In this document: positions 28,508-37,100 of the stretch, piece by piece
How positions within the stretch are numbered: the first letter of the stretch is position 1
How the letters are laid out: each line of letters begins with the position of its first letter
Origin: a virus
Reading direction: 5' to 3' (one strand)
DNA: 64,000 nt
Virus record (IMG/VR): IMGVR_UViG_3300020463_000016
Span: 4,038 to 68,037 of that record
The notes under the pieces: model-generated
The model's input: only the letters and a program-made list of their open reading frames with translations
Databases searched by the model: none
Told to the model about the DNA's origin: nothing
Translations under genes and position numbers: made by a program

Positions 28508-30242
28508 CGAATGGAAGAAAGGCGAGGATTACCCTACTTGGGGTGACACTGACGTCTATAAAAAAACAATATCTGGTGGTTATTTAATAGCAGATGAGTC
28601 ACCTAAAGAAGCCTACTGGCGTGTTTCTAAAACAGTAGCAAGACGTTTATATAAGCCAGAACTAGCCGAAACTTTTTTTGAATATATATGGAAGGGTTGG
28701 TTGTGTTTAGCTTCTCCTGTGCTTTCTAATACAGGTACAGACCGAGGTTTGCCTATAAGTTGCTTTGGTATTGACGTAGCAGATAGCATACAAGATATTG
28801 GAAATAAAAATTTAGAAATGATGCTCTTAGCGAAACACGGCGGAGGAGTTGGGATAGGCATCAATCAAATAAGACCCGCTGGTAAAAGAATTACAGGTAA
28901 TGGAACTTCAGATGGCGTTGTCCCTTTTTGCAAAATTTACGACTCAACTATACTCGCAACCAACCAAGGTAGCGTTAGAAGAGGAGCTGCTTCAGTTAAT
29001 ATCAATATTGAACACGATGACTTCCTCGACTGGGTTGAAATTAGAGAACCCAAAGGAGATGTCAATAGACAATCTCTTAACTTGCACCAGTGTGCTGTCA
29101 TTGGTGATAAATTTATGCGAAGACTTGAAGCAGGAGATCAAGATGCTAGGCAAAGATGGTCAAAGCTTCTCCAAAAGCGCAAAGCAACTGGGGAACCATA
29201 TATCCTCTTTAAAGGTAATACAAACAAAACTAATCCAAACGCATATAAGAAAAACAGTTTAAAAGTACATATGACTAACATTTGTAGTGAAATAGTTTTA
29301 CACACAGATGAAAGTCATAGCTTTGTTTGCTGCTTATCTTCTGTTAACTTAGATAAATACGATGAATGGAAGAACACGAACTTGATTTACGACTCAACAT
29401 GGTTCTTAGACGGTGTGCTAGAAGAATTTATTCAAAGGGCAAAGAATATGAAGGGATTCGAGAACTCTGTACGCAGTGCGGAGAAGGGAAGAGCGGTTGG
29501 ACTTGGTGTCCTTGGGTGGCACAGCCTATTACAAAAAAACGGAATATCTTTCGAAAGCTTATTAGCTCAATTCAAAACGCGAGAAATATTTTCAAAAATA
29601 AAAATTGAAACTGAAAGAGCATCAAGAGCTTTAGCTGAAGTATACGGAGAACCTTTGTGGTGCGCAGGAACTGGTTTTAGAAATACACACTTAAGAGCAG
29701 TTGCCCCAACCGTATCTAATAGCAAATTAGCAGGTAGTGTATCGCCGGGCATTGAGCCTTGGGCCGCTAATGTATTTACAGAGCAGTCTGCTAAAGGTAC
29801 ATTTATACGTAAGAATAAAGAACTTAAAAAAGTATTAAGAAAAATTGGAATCGATAATAAAGAAACTTGGGATAAAATTTTGGAAGATGGTGGATCCGTT
29901 CAAGGGCTTAAACAACTTGATGGATGGGGTTACGATCACGGAGGAAGACTTAACCAAGAAGAGGGAGTAGAACCTGTAAAAAATGTTTTTAAAACATTTA
30001 AAGAAATTAATCAGCTAGAGTTAGTAAGGCAGGCGGGAATAAGACAAGACTATATAGATCAATCAGTAAGTCTTAATTTAGCTTTTCCCTCTGAAGCAAC
30101 GCCTAGATGGTTAAACACTGTACACTTTGAAGCGTGGAAGCGCGGAGTTAAAACATTATATTATGCTAGAACAGAAAGCGTCTTACGCGGTGACATTGCT
30201 GCTGCGGCTATGGATCCTGATTGCTTGTCTTGTGACGGTTAG
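28497..30242 (+). CDS. nrdA: Ribonucleotide reductase class I alpha subunit, no ATP cone
   Basis: ISCF, GGGVG, TNICSEI, VCCLSS, AVAPTVSNS, DQSVSLN, KTLYY, C-terminal CLSC. Confidence 0.95.
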   Translation: MWNNEWKKGEDYPTWGDTDVYKKTISGGYLIADESPKEAYWRVSKTVARRLYKPELAETFFEYIWKGWLCLASPVLSNTGTDRGLPISCFGIDVADSIQDIGNKNLEMMLLAKHGGGVGIGINQIRPAGKRITGNGTSDGVVPFCKIYDSTILATNQGSVRRGAASVNINIEHDDFLDWVEIREPKGDVNRQSLNLHQCAVIGDKFMRRLEAGDQDARQRWSKLLQKRKATGEPYILFKGNTNKTNPNAYKKNSLKVHMTNICSEIVLHTDESHSFVCCLSSVNLDKYDEWKNTNLIYDSTWFLDGVLEEFIQRAKNMKGFENSVRSAEKGRAVGLGVLGWHSLLQKNGISFESLLAQFKTREIFSKIKIETERASRALAEVYGEPLWCAGTGFRNTHLRAVAPTVSNSKLAGSVSPGIEPWAANVFTEQSAKGTFIRKNKELKKVLRKIGIDNKETWDKILEDGGSVQGLKQLDGWGYDHGGRLNQEEGVEPVKNVFKTFKEINQLELVRQAGIRQDYIDQSVSLNLAFPSEATPRWLNTVHFEAWKRGVKTLYYARTESVLRGDIAAAAMDPDCLSCDG

Positions 30243-30348
30243 TTGCGAAGATGAAGAAGATTATTGTATAATAACAGTAATGACTGTGTGGGATGAATCT
30301 ACAGAAACATATGTAGATATAAAAGAATCTTATTGTGAATATTATTAA
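30190..30348 (+). CDS. Putative small lipoprotein; start at GTG 30190 or TTG 30196, overlapping nrdA
   Basis: LLRLWILIACLVTVS-CEDEED: hydrophobic core, lipobox Cys, acidic +2 region. Confidence 0.5.
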   Translation: MTLLLRLWILIACLVTVSCEDEEDYCIITVMTVWDESTETYVDIKESYCEYY

Positions 30349-30362
30349 TTAAATTTTATATT

Positions 30363-30551
30363 ATGACACTTAAACAAAAAGTACAAAAATTAGAAGCTGA
30401 ACTACTTAGTGCTAAGCAAAAAGCAGCTGATGTTATTTTAGACACAAAAGACAATGTGTTTACTCAAAAAGAACTTAAAAAAATTAGGTTTTTAGAAGCG
30501 TGGGCAATAATCGGACCTATTGCAGGTTTAGGTATTGGTTTACTATTTTAA
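30363..30551 (+). CDS. Coiled-coil protein with C-terminal TM helix
   Basis: Last gene of the + arm. Confidence 0.55.
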   Translation: MTLKQKVQKLEAELLSAKQKAADVILDTKDNVFTQKELKKIRFLEAWAIIGPIAGLGIGLLF

Positions 30552-30559
30552 ATAATTAG

Positions 30560-30598
30560 AGGGGATGACGCCGTAACTGGTATCATCCCCTTTTTTTT
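30560..30598 (+). terminator. Intrinsic terminator at the convergence of the two arms
   Basis: AGGGGATGA...TCATCCCCT stem followed by a T run. Confidence 0.85.
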
Positions 30599-31136
30599 AT
30601 CCACTATAATCAAATGATCCTAAATCACTTGTATTTCCTGAAGTTGGTATTGTTGAAATAGCGATTTGTGTGCTTTGGTCATCAATTTCATTTTCTTCTT
30701 CTTCTGTTAAATCTCTAGCATCTACTGTAAATTTTTTTGTATTAGCCGTAGATAAATCATTTAACCTTTCTGCTTCAATAGCGCTGCTTTTTGTAATGCC
30801 ACGTAAAGTGTCAAATCTGGCTCTAGCTTCTTGCTTAGACCCAACAATGCCTTTCATTTCCATTTTTTCAGCATATCTTTCTCTTTTAGCATCTGTACGC
30901 TTTTCAGATTCAGCATATCTTTCTTTTCTTCGCTTATCTCTGTTTTCTATTCTTTTCTTTTTTGCATCTGAAGCATCGTCATATCCAGCATACTTTTCGC
31001 TAAGAGTTCGCTCTCTTTCTTGCTCTTTTGTTGCTGAATTTTTTAAATCAATATCAACATTTGAAGCTTTTTCACTAATTTCATTTAATTTTTTTTTGCC
31101 TTTTTCAGACAAGCCTTTTAAAAATTTTTCAAACAT
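30597..31136 (-). CDS. Charged hypothetical protein
   Basis: 179 aa, K/E/R-rich helical; last gene of the - arm. Confidence 0.55.
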   Translation of the reverse strand: MFEKFLKGLSEKGKKKLNEISEKASNVDIDLKNSATKEQERERTLSEKYAGYDDASDAKKKRIENRDKRRKERYAESEKRTDAKRERYAEKMEMKGIVGSKQEARARFDTLRGITKSSAIEAERLNDLSTANTKKFTVDARDLTEEEENEIDDQSTQIAISTIPTSGNTSDLGSFDYSG

Positions 31137-31138
31137 AA

Positions 31139-34100
31139 TTATACTTTTATTCCGTTAGCTGATTTTTCCCAAGGTAATTTTTTATGCCCCTCGAGGTAGG
31201 CAACGCCGTTATACATTATTTTTTTACCCTGAAGTCGTGGATATTGTTTGCCATTCCAATAAACATTTTGATTATCATAATTTAACTTTCCAGATTTCAT
31301 ATCAGCTATATGCTTTTTTTCATGGGCAATAACTTCTTTCTTTTTAGCAGCTGATAAACCTTTCTTTACTTGTATAGTTCCATCTTTATGGGCCTTGCCT
31401 AAAACACCAGGTTCTAAAGCTTCTTTTTTATCAAGAGGCGAATCTTTATCGCTAAAAATTCTTTTTTTTCTAATATCTAATAAGTCTACATCTACAGAAT
31501 AAGGAGACCAACCTAAACCTAATAAAACATTTTGCCAAGCATCATTATACTCGGTGCTCATTGCATTTATATTTTCTAACTTTTTAAACACCCTATCCGC
31601 GGGTATATTAAGAAGACCAGAAACATAATTAGCTTTTGCATAGTTTTGATAAAAAGGACTGTACTTATATTGTCTCCAGTCTTGATACCTTTGAGCTTCT
31701 ACAATATCACCAATCTTTTTACTAAGTGGAGGTGATATACTTAAACCTTTTTGCACAAGAGTAAGAGCACCATTGTAAACTCTTTCGCCTTTTTCTCTTT
31801 TTTGATTTTGGTCATATAATTCCATGCCAAGATTTTTAAGAGCAGCAATTGTAGCACCCGCATAACCCATACCTCTTAGTGTACCATCAAGAACACTATT
31901 AAGTGCATAAGTTAATTTCTTTTCGTCATCTTCTGTGACTTCTTCTTCGTCATCTAAGAACATAGAAAACAATGCACTTTGCAACGCAGTAAATATAAGG
32001 TTTTGAGCCACGCCATAATAAACTATTTTAGAAGCATTTGTTCTCCAATCACCTCTGCCATTAACTAAATCAAGTGCAGCTTTTTTAGTTAGCCTAGCAT
32101 ACTGCAATGGCGTATTAGCAAATGCTAATATAAGTCTACCAATGTCTGATGCTTGCTGTCTAGAAACTTTATCAGGCCTAGAAGACTGTTGCGATTTTTC
32201 AGCAATTTCTTGGAATTCAACCATTGTTTGCTTAATAGCATCAGCCTCAGACGCACCTTCTTTAATTAATCTGTTTATATTGTTACGATACCAGCTTGCA
32301 CCACCAAAAGCAATTGCAAAGCTATCGCCATACTGAGTTGGTAAAAACCCAGCTTGCAAAAGCTTTTTATGCGTTTTAGTAAACCAATTGCTTGGCTCTG
32401 AATTTGCAAGGTCTGCAGTATTTATTTCAATTTTTAGTCCGCCTCTTCTTTCAATTAAAAAATCAGAACCAAATAATGTACTAAAATCTTTTGCAAATTG
32501 TGGTACATTAGCCATTGCTTTAGCCATCATGAAAGGATTATTAAAAGTCCAGTTCATAAAGTTAACTGCAGACAGCTGTTGTAATATAGCAGATCTAGTA
32601 TTAAAAGACATAATGTTTGCAACAGAAGCATTTAACCAGTTTAAAGCCTGATTAAATTCTTTGTCTTTACCTTTCTTACGGTTAACGCCGGTTTCCATTC
32701 TTTCTAAAACATTTTCTAAAGCATCGGTAAAATCGTTGCCGTGGCGCTCTAAAATGAGTTTCATGTTTTGATTTGAAAATATTTGGTTTTTATTTTTAAT
32801 AAACTCAGTTAAAAAATCAGACCTTTGAGATTTGTTAGAAACATTAGCTAAATCAGTTTGAATACTACCACCTAACCAATCAGGCGTAATAGGTGGATAG
32901 CCTTCTTTTAATTTAGTTATACTAGCAAGGTCATCTGCAAAAGCCTTTAATTTAGGGTCGCCTTGAATAACACTAAGTAAATCCACAACAGCACCTTTGC
33001 TTATACCTAAATCATATCCAGCGCCATTAAAAAGATAAGCTCTAACTGCTTGTTCTTTAGTATACAGGCCATCAAAAACTTTTTCTTTTAAAACCTTTTT
33101 GTTTTTGTATCTTTTTCTTAAAGCTTTATAATCTCTTGCTAAAGTTACTTTTGAGGTTTCATATGCACTTATACCTTGCGCAAACGGAGTCATTATATTA
33201 TCTTGAAAAAATTTCATTTGGGCATTACCAATAGCACCTTTACCTAAAAACGTGTATAGCAATCCTTCAAAGTCATCTGCACCCGGCGGCACATATATAT
33301 TAAATCGTCTAAATATAGAACCTCTTGTAGGCTTTTTAGATCTTAATATAGTATCAAATTCATCTTCAAGAGATTTTGTTTCTGTTTCTTTTGCTAATTG
33401 AACTTTCTTTTTAACACCAAGATCAGTTAACATTTTATCTACAGCTGCTACATTTTTAGGCGCATCATCTGCAAAAAACAAATCATTATATCCTTCAGAT
33501 ACCTTTTCAGCCATCCAATAAGCTTTAGCTCCTGGAGTACCATTGCCTAATCCTGTAATATTATTTAAAGGTATACTAATACCTAATGCTGATCTTAAAA
33601 AACTTTGTATAGATTCAGTTGCTGCTGCAGGTCTAGCAGTTAATACAAACACATCACGATCGCCTTTTGCTTCTGTTAATTTTTTAGCAAGTACAGCAAG
33701 TGGTCCTTTCCCCCCTTTTTTAACTTTATCAAACTCTGAAAAGTCAAATTGAGCACCAAGCTCTGCGAGCTCGCCAGATTGTTCTGCAAACTCTAAGGCT
33801 GACAAACTACCTTCTGTACCATCAGGAAGCAAATAAAGCACTCTAGATTTAGTTTTAGCAAGTGTATCGTCAAAGTCAAACACTCTGGCTTTCTTTTTAG
33901 GTGCTTTTTTATCCATTGCAACTGCTCTAGCCTTGCTTAAAATACCTAATCTTTTATTAATTTCATCAGTGCTTAAATTATTAACATCAGCGCCTAACTC
34001 GCGTAATAACTTTTCGCCTTCTTTTCTTATATTTTCTTGAGCAGCCAACACCCCGGCTTCGCTATATATAGAAAGTCTTACTTGTGCGGGCGTTTTTTCA

Positions 34101-37100
34101 TTAATAATTTCTCTTGTAGCAAGATTAGCAAACTCCAGCCATTCGCGCTCGGTCATGTAGCTTTTAACGTAATCGTAGCCAGCATCAATTGCTTTTGCAA
34201 TATTTTTACCAGCATTGTAAGTTGCTTTAACTGCTCTTAAACCACCAACAAGTACATTCAAACTAACGTCTTTTGCTGCTAATATCAAAAATGGGTCAAT
34301 AGCAAAGCCTTTTGTTCCAGTGAGTTCTTTAAGCTTAGCTATAGCCCTGTCAATAATAAATTCAACTTTGTCGGTTTGCTCTGCAATTCCTTCTTGTTGA
34401 GCTTTTAGAACATCAGCAGTAACTTTGCCATCAAACCCAACATTAAACTCTTCTGCAACTGATTTGCCGTTTCTAAGTATAATTGTGTTAGGATCAATAC
34501 CTCCTCTTACATTGTTAACGTTTACATTAAAATACCTTGCCCATATGTTGTCGGTCATTAACCACCCAGATGGCGTTCTTGATTTATAACTAAAACCTCT
34601 TCCATCCGGCCCTTTGCCGGCAAGTTTACTATCAAATTCTTTTAATAAAGGTCCTTGAAAAAAGTTTTTCTTAACATTTTTAAAATCTTTTTTAATATTG
34701 CCATTTATAGCGGAACTAAATAAATATTTAGCTACAGCTGAGACTGGCAAAGTGTGTTCTTCATCAAATAATGGTTTATTATTTTCATCATACATTTTGC
34801 CTATTGCAGTAAATTTTACTGGAGACGCTTTTCTTATAAAATGACCTTGCCAAGAAGATGTAGACTTTAATAAAGCAGCAACTAAAGCTGCATTTTCTTT
34901 ATTAACATTACCATCTTTAACCATAAAGTTTTGAAAAATAGTAAAAATGTCTTCTAAAGCCACTAATTTATTATCTTCGTTTTTAAGCCACTCTTTATTT
35001 TTAAAGTTTTCTTTTAAAGATAATTGTTTTTTGCCATTTACTAATTTGCCATAAGCGGTTTTTTGCTTTCCAATCCACGAATACGATTCTTTTTCTTCAG
35101 CAAAAGGACCGTTTTCTGCAACCCAAGCTTGCGCTTCAGCAACATTCATAAAAAATATATTGCCAGACCGAGCTCTTTCTATACTTGGTTTTGGCTTTGG
35201 CAATTTTTTATAGTCTTTCTGTAAAATTAATTTACCATTTAAAGTTTTTACGTACTCTCCTTTAAAAATTTTAGGATCAGTTGATCCATTAAAGTTTAAA
35301 AAGAAACTTGCGGGTAATAACTTAGTTAGCCCACTAGACTTTAATTTATTTAAAAATTCTTCACGTTGAGTGTCATTATTTAAATCATAATCTTGGTGGC
35401 CAAACTCATCTGCATACTTGCTCCAATCTTTATCGTAGGCTGCAAATTCATTTTCAGAAACGTTAAAATCTTTTTGGAACGGAGACAAATTAGCTGCTAC
35501 ATCAGCTTTTAACTGATTTAAATCTACTATTCTATCTTGTAGGGTTTTATTGGTATTGAGTATTTTAATTGCATGTGCTGCTGCCACGGAGATAGTCATA
35601 GCCTCTTTAAGGCTTTTTTGTCTATTAGATCTTGCTTGCTTTTTAATATTTGGATCACTAAAGTAGTTTACTAATTCAGTTTTATCTATGTTTTTAAACG
35701 CAACCTTTTCAAGTTGACCATTTTTAAATACAAGCATGCCCGCCTCTTCAAAAGGGTTTGATCCCTCTTCACCTCTAGCCATTCTCATACTTTCAACTGT
35801 TAATGTGTCATAAATAGCTTCTGCATTTTCTGCTAATTTATTATTAAAGTCTTGGCTAGTTTTAGTATTTTTGCCCATAAAGGCATCAATTGAATTACGA
35901 AATTGATTAACAAAACCTGACTTTATATCTCTTTTAAAAGACTTTGAATCTACATTATAGTTTTTAAGTAATTCTTTTTCAACAGTATTGCTATCTAACT
36001 CAATACCCAAAGCCTTTGCCGAATCAATTTTTTCTTGAGCATCTTCAACAACCATTTCTTGTTCCATGGCTTCTGAAACCGTGCCTCCAGAATCGTTTAA
36101 AAGATTGTCTAAACTAGAATCATCATCTTGTTTGATTTCTTTTGTAGCTAATCTTTGAGATCTTAAGTTTTCTCTTGTACTTATAAATTTATCTAAAGTT
36201 TGTCCTTTTGAAGGATCAAACTCATTTTCTATTAACTCTATTATTTCGTTTCCTACTAATTGCTTAAAGTTATCTCTTCCTAGCCCTTGTGTCCTATCTT
36301 TACCGGCTTTGTCGTATAGCCTTTGTGTGATATACTCTATAATAGGGGCAGCAGCTTTTAAATACTCATTAGTAGCTTTGCCTCTTGTACCCTCGTTTTG
36401 TATTCTTGAGCCTTTAGTTTTTGGAGTATTGGATTCTTCCATTACTCTATCATATATAGCTTGAAGCTTATTAAATTCTTTAGGAGCACTTGCTAATTTA
36501 GCTCTTTTTGCAGTGTAATTGGCCTTTGCAACATTATATAATTCGTTATATTTCTCTTGAGTAATATTTCCGCCGTTTAATTGTGTTAATAATTCTTTAC
36601 TTTTATTAACAAACTCAAGGCTAACGGCTTTAAGTCCAGTTGCATTTATATTTGTATCAACCATTCCCATAGCGCTGGTAACAGAAAATGCTAATTGCTT
36701 TTGTCTATTTGCTATTTTAAGATCAAGCATAGCTTCCCTTTCAGGATCTTTTACGCCCTCAGCTTTTAGTTTTTGAAGATTTGTTATTTCATTGGTTAAT
36801 AATTCAACTCTTTTATTTAAGTAAAAATCTTGTGTTAATCCTTTACCTTGATAATTCTCTAATATGCTTCTTTCTAAACTAGGCGGATCGTAGGCAGCTT
36901 CGTTAGCGGATTGAAGTATAGTATTTTTTCTTTCTGCTAATTCATTGTATTTTTCATTTAATGGTTGTAAAGCTAAATTTTTAGCGTCTTTACCACGTAC
37001 ATCTCCATCTATTTGCCCTGCTTCACTTCTAATTTTACCTATTTCGCCGTTAATAGTTATTAGCTCTTGCTTTTGTTCTTCTGTAAGATTGTCAATGTTA

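Noticed and set aside
22065-29608. Alternative-frame + strand ORFs inside primase-helicase, thyA, nrdB and nrdA
   Set aside because: Fully nested in conserved genes with no motifs.
33255-33295. PPGADDFEG in the giant protein as an RNA polymerase DxDGD-type active site
   Set aside because: Lacks the three correctly spaced Asp residues; the nearby FDFDDT is better explained as HAD motif I.
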